Origin: Caecitellus pseudoparvulus
Taxonomy: Eukaryota > Protista > Bigyra: Bicosoecida
NCBI GenBank assembly: GCA_965644315.1
Contig: CBFFRQ010000022.1
Span: 1 to 54,105, forward strand
Reading direction: 5' to 3'
Length of the DNA: 54,105 bases
The notes under the pieces: model-generated
Databases searched by the model: none
Seen by the model: only the letters and a program-made list of their open reading frames with translations
Told to the model about the DNA's origin: nothing
Translations under genes and position numbers: made by a program
Shown: positions 43,102 to 52,357 of the stretch, in pieces
Layout of the letters: every line of letters begins with the position of its first letter
How positions within the stretch are numbered: position 1 is the first letter of the stretch

Positions 43102-45786
43102 ATGGTGCGTGGGTGTAGCCATGGTGCCTCGCTTTCGCCAGCACTTGCGACAAAGCGTGTCGCACACACACCACAGCACACAGCCCCCTGCCCCTCCCCG
43201 ACGCCTCAGGCAGCAGCAACAAGTCAAGCCATGGAGGGCGCTGCATCAGCCACTGCAGGCATCGATGACACACAGGCTGAGGTGGTGGCGGCATGCTTGG
43301 GCAAGTTGAAGTGCTTGCCGGGCAGCGTCATGGACCACGGACCAGCACTGCGAGGACTGGCAGCCATTGGGCGTGGCGAAGCGCCTGCTGCAGGCGACGC
43401 CCCATCGGCCATGAGCCTGGTGGAGCTGGAAGCTGCACTGCGTGATGCGGGGAGTGCGCTGTTGGAGCAGGCTGGGCTGTTGGCAGGGCAGCATGAGCGA
43501 GGTGGTGTGTGTGCTGCGCTGCAGTACCTGTCGTTCCGGTGCTTCTGCGCGGTGGATGTGCTGCATCAGGCGGTGTCTGGCGTGAGTGTCGATGCGGTGC
43601 CGGAGGGCGACGCACTGTGGGGCGCCATTGTGGGTGCTTGGGGCAGTGTGCGGAGCGGTGTGAACGTGGAGGGTGCGCTGGCTGATCTGACGCGATGGTG
43701 GCAAGGCTTCGAAGTGGCAGATGTGGATGTGGCTGGTGAGGGTGGCCCACTCACACATGATGCTGGTGGCGAGGCGGCGACGGATGCGGCTCTGGCTGGC
43801 ATGCGTCAGCAGGCTGAGTGGCTGCGAGGCGAGGCGGCAGGCGAGTTGAGGAGTGAGAGTGCTGCGAAGCACTTGGAGTGTGCTGCAAGTGCAGTGGAGG
43901 AGCTGCGTGGGTTGTTGGGGTGTGCGCCTGCGATGAGTGGTCGGAAGGTGAAGGCTGTGCGTGGCTTGGACTTGCCAGGCGACTTGGAGTGCCTGAACGG
44001 CAAGGGTGTGAGTGTGTACAGTGGGCGGGTTGAGATCGTGGATGAGGATGTGGGTGGATCTGGTGATGTGGAACAGTGGGCAGCAAGTGTGGAGGCGGGT
44101 GCGACAGCCCTTGCCACGAGTGTTGGCGCTGTGAAGCGTGGCGAAGCGGCTCGCATCGCGCATGGACTGCCGCGGATGGCGCAGACACCACGCAGAGCAG
44201 CACTCGCACACAATACTTCAGCTGGCCGAGCTGATGAGCCACTCGGCCAGAGGAGCATGGTGACGGTGCAGGTGCAGTGTGAGGCGGGGTGGCCGCTGAG
44301 GGTGTTCCTGGAGGACGAAGCGTGGGGCGATGTCGGGCTGGAGGTGAAGCAGCGCGTGGCTGTGAGGGTGCTGGGTGTGTGTGCTGTGGCGGAGGCGTGT
44401 GGAGTGGAGGTGGGTGATGTGGGTGTGGGGAGCTTTGTGGTGGTTGGTGTGGGGAGTGGCAGTGTGGGTGATCTGGTGGGGTCACTGGAGGGGGGTGGGA
44501 TTGAGGTGGTGTTGAGTGCATGTGGCGGTGTGTGGGGCACAGGTGGCTCTGATGGGGGCAGCGGTGATGTGAAGGGTGTGTTGAGTGTGCTGCGTGAGGT
44601 GCTTGGTGTGGGAGGTGGTGCGTTGGGTGGCGGACCGGGCGTTAGGTCAAGCTTCGTAGGCAGCAGTGAAGGTGGTGAGCATGCACTGTCAGGCGCGTTG
44701 GAGGTGTTGGGGAGGGCAGGGAGCGGTTGCTGCATGGGTGCATATGCGATGGCGTGTGAAGGAAGTGGAGGTGGAGTGGGTCACCTGGAAGGTGTGGAAA
44801 GTGCTGTGCGGAGTGTGCTTGATGGTGAGCAGGCGGCTGCTGCGGCAGGGCAGGCGGAGACAGCTCAAGCTGAGGCTGTACCGGCTACAGAGTCGGAGGT
44901 TGCTGCGGAGCAAGTGAAGTTCAGCGAGGAGAACACCACAGCGTTTGTGGAAGCGTGCAAGGATGGGGAGCTTGCGAGAGTGCGCGAGTTGCTGGCATTG
45001 ACGGGGGATGAGGCAGTGGATGTGCATGCGGAAGGATGTGTTGAGGTCTGGCCTTGGTTTCACAAACAGGGCCCTGAGGCTGCCTTCCGATGGGCATGCG
45101 GCAATGGCCACACAGACGTCGTGCGTGAGCTGCTGGGCCTGACTGGGGCGCGGGAGGTGGATGTGCACGCGGCGGATGGGGGTGGACCTGAGGCTGGCTT
45201 CCGGGGCGCATACCTCATGGGCCACACTGACATCGTGCGTGAGCTGCTGGGCCTCACCGGGGTGCGGGAGGTGGATGTGCATGCGGCGGATGGGGGTGGA
45301 CCTGAGGCTGGCTTCCGACAGGCATGCTCCGAAGGCCACACAGACATCGTGCGTGAGCTGTTGGGCCTGACTGGGGCGCGGGAGGTGGATGTGCACGCGG
45401 CTGCTCGGGGTGGGCCTGAGGCTGGCTTCCGAGCAGCATGCTTCAATGGCCACACAGACATCGTGCGTGAGCTGCTGGGCCTGACCGGGGCGCGGGAGGT
45501 GGATGTGCACGCAGCGGATCGGGATGGACCTGAGGCTGGCTTCCGATGGGCATGCGGCAATGGCCACACAGACATCGTGCGTGAGCTGCTGGGCCTGACC
45601 GGGGCGCGGGAGGTGGATGTGCATGCGGCGGATGGGGATGGACCTGAGGCCGCCTTCCGACGGGCATGCGAGAATGGCCACACAGACATTGTGCGTGAGC
45701 TGCTGGGCCTGACGGGGCACCGCCGGATCCCAGACAGCGTGCGACAGGAAGCCACCAAGTTTGAGAGCTTGAAGGAGTTGATTTAA
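43102..45786 (+). CDS. Helical domain + pseudokinase-like + ankyrin-repeat protein, copy 3 (6 repeats)
   Basis: Paralog of copies 1 and 2; 114-bp repeats start at 45070. Confidence 0.92.
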   Translation: MVRGCSHGASLSPALATKRVAHTPQHTAPCPSPTPQAAATSQAMEGAASATAGIDDTQAEVVAACLGKLKCLPGSVMDHGPALRGLAAIGRGEAPAAGDAPSAMSLVELEAALRDAGSALLEQAGLLAGQHERGGVCAALQYLSFRCFCAVDVLHQAVSGVSVDAVPEGDALWGAIVGAWGSVRSGVNVEGALADLTRWWQGFEVADVDVAGEGGPLTHDAGGEAATDAALAGMRQQAEWLRGEAAGELRSESAAKHLECAASAVEELRGLLGCAPAMSGRKVKAVRGLDLPGDLECLNGKGVSVYSGRVEIVDEDVGGSGDVEQWAASVEAGATALATSVGAVKRGEAARIAHGLPRMAQTPRRAALAHNTSAGRADEPLGQRSMVTVQVQCEAGWPLRVFLEDEAWGDVGLEVKQRVAVRVLGVCAVAEACGVEVGDVGVGSFVVVGVGSGSVGDLVGSLEGGGIEVVLSACGGVWGTGGSDGGSGDVKGVLSVLREVLGVGGGALGGGPGVRSSFVGSSEGGEHALSGALEVLGRAGSGCCMGAYAMACEGSGGGVGHLEGVESAVRSVLDGEQAAAAAGQAETAQAEAVPATESEVAAEQVKFSEENTTAFVEACKDGELARVRELLALTGDEAVDVHAEGCVEVWPWFHKQGPEAAFRWACGNGHTDVVRELLGLTGAREVDVHAADGGGPEAGFRGAYLMGHTDIVRELLGLTGVREVDVHAADGGGPEAGFRQACSEGHTDIVRELLGLTGAREVDVHAAARGGPEAGFRAACFNGHTDIVRELLGLTGAREVDVHAADRDGPEAGFRWACGNGHTDIVRELLGLTGAREVDVHAADGDGPEAAFRRACENGHTDIVRELLGLTGHRRIPDSVRQEATKFESLKELI

Positions 45787-45971
45787 TCCCAAGCTTGAAG
45801 CACAGACCAATGCACCATTCGACAAACCTGACACGCACCTCAGACCAGCACACCTGCCCCACCTCCACCTCTGCCCATACCGCACTACATTCCACCGCAC
45901 ACACCACACCGCACACACCACACCGCATCACACCTCATCACCATTCCCACGCACCCCACGCCCCCTCACCT

Positions 45972-46946
45972 TCACTGCACTCCCCTCCGCACCGCACCAA
46001 CGCCTCCCACACCCGCTTCCTGCACTTCGCACCACCGCCTCCGCAGCACCTTCAGTTTGCCCATGCGTTTCGCCACGTGGTGCTTCTTCGCCTGCACCTT
46101 CCGACTTCGACACCCTGCAGCTGCTGCCGGGTTCACCACCGCCTCCTGCGCCACCTGCTTCGCCCGCCGCTCCTTCGCCGCTGCCCTGGCCCGCCGCTCG
46201 CCGTTGTACGCCGTCAGGAACACATCTGCACCCATGGCACCCTGCACACCCTCCATGACCTCCCACGCCAAGGCACCTGCCTCCGACGCAGCGGCCGCCT
46301 GCTGTGCCTGCTCTGACCAAGATGGCGCATCGGCCAGGCGGGGGTCGCTGGCCACGTGCTCTGCCGCCTGCACAGTGCGCAACACTGCCCGTGCCACCGG
46401 CACCACGAAGCGCTGCAGGTCTGCCTGCGGCACCTGCCCAGCCATGGCCCCGAACACGTTCAGCACCGTGGTGGCCCCTGGCCCGCCCTTGTGCACTGCC
46501 GTGTTGCTGAGGCGCTGCAGCAGCCAGAACAGCGGGTCCCGCGCACCACCACCGTCGTCGTGGGCGGTGTGTGTGGAGGGCGAGCTGTCACGCTGCACCG
46601 CCTTGCCGCCCACCACCTCCATGCCACCCACGAGCAGGGTGCACTTGCCGATCAAGTAAGCAGTGCGCTGGGCGAGGTGGGGCGGGATGGTGTTGCGGGG
46701 GGTTGGCGGCGTCGTGGCGTAAAGCCCCACCGCCGTGAACAGCAGCACTGCCGCCAAAGCCGTGCCATGCTCCCTGCTCAGTGCCCCGTCCGCCAGCTGC
46801 ACACAGGCTGCCCGGGCCAGGGCGAACAGGCGCTCATCCCCAGCCAGCCACGCCGCCACGCCAGGTGGTGGGGGGCAGCTCCCCACGCTCGCCACTGCCA
46901 CGGTGTTCAGGGCGGCGCCCAGCCACCTGGCTGCCGGCTCCCGTAC
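45972..46946 (-). pseudogene. UTP20: UTP20 C-terminal fragment, copy 3
   Basis: Paralog of copies 1 and 2. Confidence 0.75.
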
Positions 46947-47232
46947 CTGCCACTCTCGCCGTCGCGGTTGAACACGACGATGCTGTCTCCAGCCGCCCCT
47001 GCCACGCGCTTACCCTGCGAAAGTCGCCGAGGAAGGTGTAAAAGTGGTTGCCCCGAGGTTGCCGGCACCCCAGCCGGCAACCATGTTTCCCGGCAGGAGG
47101 GGCGGCGGGCAGTCCCACGCTAGTGGCACAATTGTCCCCCGCCGCCCCAACGCAGAGTAGACGACGGCAGGACCGGGCATGACAAAACCAGTCATTAGCC
47201 GGCCTCGTCACTCTCTTTCCTTTTTTTTCGAG

Positions 47233-49317
47233 ATGGCATCGGATGATCCAGCTTCCAGCGACACGGAGGGCGGAAGCTGGGAGGACATCCACGACAAAAT
47301 GATGTCTGTCAACTCCGCCAAGCAAGCCAAGGCGCTCATAACGGAGCAGGAGTTCGAGTACTGGCTGAAGTGGGCGGATTCTGAGGATTTTGGTAAGATG
47401 GAGGCCGCTTGGCGCCTCCGGGAGGTGCCCGAGGGATTCCGGGCAGATCGCATGCGATCCCTCATTGCGGGCAGAGCTTTCCGCCTCCCCGCTGACGGTG
47501 CCCCTCATCGCGCAGGCGGCTCACCACGGGGGCACGGCACGAAGCGAACCCGTCCGCGCGGTGCGAGCAGTGGCACGCCCTACGGCCCGCACCTACCCCC
47601 GCGCCCGACCCAGCCGGACGCAGTCGCAGGCGACCTCCCGCAAGATCCCGCCACAGTGCTTACGTGGTTCCTGCAGAGGGGAGCGACGGTGCCGAGCGAG
47701 GACGTCGCCGTGCAGCTGCAGTTCTACGTGGGCTTGGCAACGGAGGAGACATCGCCGTACGCCCTCTCCGCTTGGCCTCCACGGCGCTTCGCCGCATGGT
47801 GCAGACTCAACGGTATTCCCCCCGACCTCACCCCCGACGACATCGTGATGCATTTGCAGCGGGTCCTGGAGGCCGCGCTGGCGGGCGACGACGACTTTGG
47901 CGACGACGATGCCGGCGCCCCGTTCTTTCCCGTTTTCCCGGGCACCACACCGGATGCCGCCCGGTTACAGCCCCGTGCGGCGGCCCCGGGTCACCCCCCG
48001 GCCTCCAAGAGGCACAGGGCGGCCTATAGCCCGCAGCCCCCCCCTCCCCCGTGGGGCGGCGGAGCCTCGCCGGCAGTCCACCCCGAAGGCGGGTCGGCTG
48101 TTTTCGGTCACATGGGGGAGAACAGCGGTCGGTCGTCGCCAGCCGACGAGGTACTGGTCACTGTAGGCGCGCTGCGGGTCATTGGGCCGACCGCACACCC
48201 CTCGTCGGCGGTGGCCCGGGACCGCCTGTCAGCCTTGGGGGCAGTTTTCGCTGCGGGGACCACAGACGCCTTGACCACGGTGGCTGTCGAGATGGCTGAG
48301 GCTGCTGCACGAGAGGTGCCCGCAGCAACGGGCCCAGTGCCGTCAGGTACGTTCCTGTCCCGCCAGCTCCCCCCCCACTCGCCCCGCGTGCCCGCTCCCG
48401 GCGACCCGTCCTGGCTCACAGCCCCCGGCGATGAGGTAGCCCCGCCGTCCGCGTCGGTCATGATGGACGACGCTATGGACGTAGTGACTGCTGTACGCCT
48501 GGTGCAAGGGAGGGTGGAAGTTACAGTTGACCCAACCCATCTAGTGGCAGTAACTGGGGCGGGTGCCCTGTCGGCATGCCACATGCTGGGCAACCGTGGG
48601 GGCGCTTGGTGGCTTGCTGCGATGACCAGGGACTTGCTGACGGCGCCTTCCGACGACCTCCACCGCTCCCTCCGAGCGTTCTGGTGGAAGTGGGCGTCCG
48701 AGGTGCCCGCCCTGGCAGACCAGCGGGGCCTGTGCCGAGCCATGGCGTGCGCACTCCTGATCACAATCGCAGTGCGGGCCGTGGCGCAGACCGCCGCTGC
48801 GTTGCCCGAAGGCCAGCGCAGGCGATGGGCCCAGCTGACGTGGGCCTCCTGGGTGGCCACGTTCCGCACTAACGCCACCATTGTCATGATGGCGTCGGCG
48901 ACGGGGCAAGCACTGGTGGCCAGCTCGCTGGCGCGCGAGGCATGGGCGGCCGGGGCCGCCGCCACACCGATGCCAGGTGCGGGGGGCGGCCCGGCGCAAA
49001 CCCCCGCTCGTGGCCCTCCCGCGGGGCTGTACCGGCAGGACGACCCGAGCACATTCGTGTGGTGCCCCGGGTGCGTCGGATCCGACCGGCGGCGCCGGTC
49101 GCTGGCATCCTGCCCACGCCTGGCCCAGCATGTGGCCCACCTGCGCCGGACCCACACAGTCGGAGGTAAGCCCGCAGAACTTACCCAGGCGCAGGCAGTG
49201 GCCATGCTGGTGCGCCAGTGGGAGCGGAAGGTGGCATCCAAGGGACGTGACTTCCAGCGGCGCATGCAGCCCCGCGCTGTCACCACGGCCATGGTGGAGG
49301 CAGCTCTCAGCCTCTAG
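47233..49317 (+). CDS. Ngaro ORF1 (Gag-like)
   Basis: ATG immediately after repeat A1. Pro/Ala-rich, with a C-terminal WCPGC..CPRLAQHVAHLRRTH zinc-finger-like motif. The assignment rests on its position in the element. Confidence 0.8.
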   Translation: MASDDPASSDTEGGSWEDIHDKMMSVNSAKQAKALITEQEFEYWLKWADSEDFGKMEAAWRLREVPEGFRADRMRSLIAGRAFRLPADGAPHRAGGSPRGHGTKRTRPRGASSGTPYGPHLPPRPTQPDAVAGDLPQDPATVLTWFLQRGATVPSEDVAVQLQFYVGLATEETSPYALSAWPPRRFAAWCRLNGIPPDLTPDDIVMHLQRVLEAALAGDDDFGDDDAGAPFFPVFPGTTPDAARLQPRAAAPGHPPASKRHRAAYSPQPPPPPWGGGASPAVHPEGGSAVFGHMGENSGRSSPADEVLVTVGALRVIGPTAHPSSAVARDRLSALGAVFAAGTTDALTTVAVEMAEAAAREVPAATGPVPSGTFLSRQLPPHSPRVPAPGDPSWLTAPGDEVAPPSASVMMDDAMDVVTAVRLVQGRVEVTVDPTHLVAVTGAGALSACHMLGNRGGAWWLAAMTRDLLTAPSDDLHRSLRAFWWKWASEVPALADQRGLCRAMACALLITIAVRAVAQTAAALPEGQRRRWAQLTWASWVATFRTNATIVMMASATGQALVASSLAREAWAAGAAATPMPGAGGGPAQTPARGPPAGLYRQDDPSTFVWCPGCVGSDRRRRSLASCPRLAQHVAHLRRTHTVGGKPAELTQAQAVAMLVRQWERKVASKGRDFQRRMQPRAVTTAMVEAALSL

Positions 49318-51537
49318 GAGGTGGGCCGGAGCGCGGTGGTGAGAGCGACCACGGGGTACCGGGCCGTGCCCGTGGAGTGGAGGGCTGCCGCCCCGCTCTC
49401 GACAGACCACCGCGCCATGGCCGTGCTCATCGAATCAATGGTCCAGCAGCTGCATGGGGACCGTTGTTGGACTCCACCGGGGCTCTTCGAGGACATCTTG
49501 CGTGGGGGCTTGGACTGGGGCCCCCACCCCGTGGTCTCATACTGGGGTTGCCAGGAGGCCCACGCTGACGTGTGTCCCGCATGCGGCGAGACCACTTCCA
49601 GATTACGGCAGCTTGAGCGGTGCGCAGCCATGCGACTGCTCACCGTGGTCACGCTGCGCGGGTGGGACCCCGCTTGGCTGCTGTTCCGCCGCCCCCCGGC
49701 AGCGGCATCCCCGTCCTCGGCATACGTGCTGCAGCCGCACGACGAGCGGGCGGTGGCAGCGGCCTATGACGCCTTCGCGGCTGCGCGCGTGCTGCAGCCG
49801 GTCACCCCCCAGCAGCTGCAGCAGCACCGAAAGATGGGGGGGCCAGCCGCTTCTGCCTTCGTTGTCACGACATGGGCCCCCCAGCCGGGCGTCAGCGACG
49901 AAGCTCTGCGACAGTGGGCTGCTGCGAACCCAGGCGAGGCGGTGCAGGCCGCCAGCTCTTCCCGCGCGCCCGCCCGCCCGAGCCGCCTGTTCCGGGCCAA
50001 GCAGCGGGTGGTGTACGATCTGGCAGCCGTCAACCAGGCCTCAGTGAGCCCCCCATTCCACTACCCCACGCTGGAGAGCTGGGCGCTGCGCCTCCCGCCG
50101 AACTCGGACTGTGTTGTCCTGGACGTGGAAGCAGGGTACACGGCCATCCCCATCGCTCCGTCGGGCGCCGGACTGTTCACCATGCTCGCCCAGGGCAGGC
50201 CAGCCTTCCGCATGCTTCGGATGGCCTTCGGGTACAGCCCGGCCGGGGCCATTTTCTGCTTTTTTTCTGGACTTCTGGGCGCCAAGATCGAAGCGGCGTT
50301 CCCAGCAGGGCATGTGGTTGTGTACGTAGACGACGTCGGGCTTGGGGGAGCTACGTTGGGGCCACGGCCATCGATCGTGCCCAAGATAACTCAACTGTTC
50401 GAGGACGTGGGCTTCCGGGTGTCGCGCAAGAAGACGCAAGGGCCACAGCGCGTCGTTCAGTACTTGGGGATGGTGGTCAGGTGTGCCCCGTGTGGGGTGT
50501 ACCTTGAGTGTCCTCAAGCCAAACGAACTCAGCTGCGGTGGCAGCTGGCCGCGGTCCTTAATCGCCTCGGCGCTTGCTCCACCATCCCCAAGCGCGTTTT
50601 CGCCGCGGTCACAGGGCGCTTGCACGGCCTGTCGGCCGTGGTGCCCCACGCAAAACAAACGCTGTCGCTCTTGTACGACACCATGCGCACACACAAGTAC
50701 CGCGTCGGCCCCCCCGGCGCTCTCGTGCCTGTCCCCCCGGCGTCGCACGGGGCCCTGCGGACCCTCCTTGAGGCCCTCGGTGGGCCGTTATCGACGGGCC
50801 CGATGCGCCCGCTCTCCCCACTGTCAAGCAGGTGGCGCGCCGCCCTCTTTGGCTCGTGCGACGCGTCGGGGGAAGGCGGGCTGGGGGCAACAGTGTCGAG
50901 GTGGGCAGGGCCAGGAGAACGCACAGACTCCGCTTGGTACGCGTCCATGCGCATCCCCGGCACAGCCCCGGGCGAGGAGCTCGTGGGAGCCTCCACGATG
51001 CTGGAGCTGTACGCAATCGCCTTGGCTATGGCAATGGCGCGGCATGTTTTTCCCGAGCCGGGGCCGCTGCTGCTATGCCTAGCTGCGGACAGCCAGGCAG
51101 CGGTGGCGCTGGCGCGACGAGGGTACAGCAAGCACAGCCGTGAACTCACGCGCGTCTGCGGGGTCCTCGAGCGGGTTTCCCGCGTTTTGGACGTCCACTT
51201 GGCGCCTCGGTGGATCCCGAGGAGCCTGAATTGGCGGGCGGACGCCCTCAGCCACCCCGAAAGGGTGGATAGCAGCACACCGGCAGCGCTCGGCCTCCCG
51301 CCAGGGCAACCAGCCGAGCTGGAGGTATCAGCAGGGGGAAGCAGCGCCGCTGAGCGGTGGCATGATGTGTCCCTAGACGTAGGGCCGTCGGGAAAGGCCG
51401 GGGCGGGCACCGCGTGGATTCACTCAGCTCAACTCTCCGTCGCCCTGCACAGACACACTCTGGATAAGGAAGCAGACCTTCTGGCAGATGATCAGGGCCA
51501 TCCCCGCGTCCCCGATCAGCAGGATTCACCAACATAG
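49318..51537 (+). CDS. Ngaro ORF2: reverse transcriptase + RNase H
   Basis: RT motifs KQRVVYDLAAVN, VLDVEAGYTAIPI, RMAFGYSPAGAIF, VYVDD and KKTQGPQRVVQYLGM. RNase H motifs SCDASG, LELYAI, ADSQAAV and WIPRSLNWRADALS. Confidence 0.95.
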   Translation, partial: EVGRSAVVRATTGYRAVPVEWRAAAPLSTDHRAMAVLIESMVQQLHGDRCWTPPGLFEDILRGGLDWGPHPVVSYWGCQEAHADVCPACGETTSRLRQLERCAAMRLLTVVTLRGWDPAWLLFRRPPAAASPSSAYVLQPHDERAVAAAYDAFAAARVLQPVTPQQLQQHRKMGGPAASAFVVTTWAPQPGVSDEALRQWAAANPGEAVQAASSSRAPARPSRLFRAKQRVVYDLAAVNQASVSPPFHYPTLESWALRLPPNSDCVVLDVEAGYTAIPIAPSGAGLFTMLAQGRPAFRMLRMAFGYSPAGAIFCFFSGLLGAKIEAAFPAGHVVVYVDDVGLGGATLGPRPSIVPKITQLFEDVGFRVSRKKTQGPQRVVQYLGMVVRCAPCGVYLECPQAKRTQLRWQLAAVLNRLGACSTIPKRVFAAVTGRLHGLSAVVPHAKQTLSLLYDTMRTHKYRVGPPGALVPVPPASHGALRTLLEALGGPLSTGPMRPLSPLSSRWRAALFGSCDASGEGGLGATVSRWAGPGERTDSAWYASMRIPGTAPGEELVGASTMLELYAIALAMAMARHVFPEPGPLLLCLAADSQAAVALARRGYSKHSRELTRVCGVLERVSRVLDVHLAPRWIPRSLNWRADALSHPERVDSSTPAALGLPPGQPAELEVSAGGSSAAERWHDVSLDVGPSGKAGAGTAWIHSAQLSVALHRHTLDKEADLLADDQGHPRVPDQQDSPT

Positions 51538-52357
51538 GCTGGCAAAGGGGACGGTGGTCAAGTACGTTCGCGCGGTTGCTGGCCTGATCAGGGCCGCTCC
51601 AGCACCCCGGGACAGGGCGCGGACCATGGTGGGCATCTTAACGGGCGGCGTGGCCGCAGGCAGATGGGCCCCCCATCGGGCGAAGCAGATCCTGGCGCAA
51701 TGGGTCGGTGGTTTTAGGTATCTGGGCCTGCCAATCCCGTCGCTAGCCCCGCTGGGGCTCACAGTCGGCAGCATCTGCCGGGCAATCCGCCGGCTCCACC
51801 GAGGGAGAGGGGAGCAACACCGCCGCCCTATCAGCAAAGAACAAGTCATGGAGGCCATGAAGCGGGCATGGGACGGGCCACACCTCGGGAGGCATGCCCC
51901 AACTGCCGCCGCAGCTATCTACATCGGCTTTCATGGCATGTGCAGGCCGGGAGAGCTCCGGGGCCTGCGATGGGAGGAGTTGCACTTCGGGCGGGCGGGC
52001 CCCCTGCAGTGGGTGGAGGCCAGGGTCACGGATAAAACGCACCTGAGTGCAAACCGCCACATCCAGGTGGTGCGCCAGGCCGAGTGGGCGGGGGCCTTCG
52101 ACCGCCTCCGGGAGCAGGCCCGGGACAAGCGGGGAAGCCTGCTCCCAAGGTGGGCGTGGCTCAGCCTGCAAGGCATCCTGAAGGCTGTAGCGGGCGTGTC
52201 CTTGGCCCACCTGAGACCCGGGGGCAATATGTTCTGGACAGGCCGGGCCCCCGACGTCTTGGTGGAGCACGCGGCGGGCTGGGCGGCTGGCTCCCCCACC
52301 CGGGCACGATACTACACCCAGGGGGGGAGGGGGCGAGGCTGTGGCACGAGGCCATGA
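51488..52357 (+). CDS. Ngaro ORF3: tyrosine recombinase
   Basis: IGFHGMCRPGEL (Arg), DKT (Lys), AHLRPGG (HxxR-like box), AGW and RARYY (Tyr). It overlaps the end of ORF2. Confidence 0.9.
   Translation: MIRAIPASPISRIHQHRLAKGTVVKYVRAVAGLIRAAPAPRDRARTMVGILTGGVAAGRWAPHRAKQILAQWVGGFRYLGLPIPSLAPLGLTVGSICRAIRRLHRGRGEQHRRPISKEQVMEAMKRAWDGPHLGRHAPTAAAAIYIGFHGMCRPGELRGLRWEELHFGRAGPLQWVEARVTDKTHLSANRHIQVVRQAEWAGAFDRLREQARDKRGSLLPRWAWLSLQGILKAVAGVSLAHLRPGGNMFWTGRAPDVLVEHAAGWAAGSPTRARYYTQGGRGRGCGTRP

Noticed and set aside
47179-47232. ATG at 47179 as the gag start
   Set aside because: It lies inside repeat A1, is absent from A2 and precedes a pyrimidine tract; ATG 47233 just after the repeat is more plausible.
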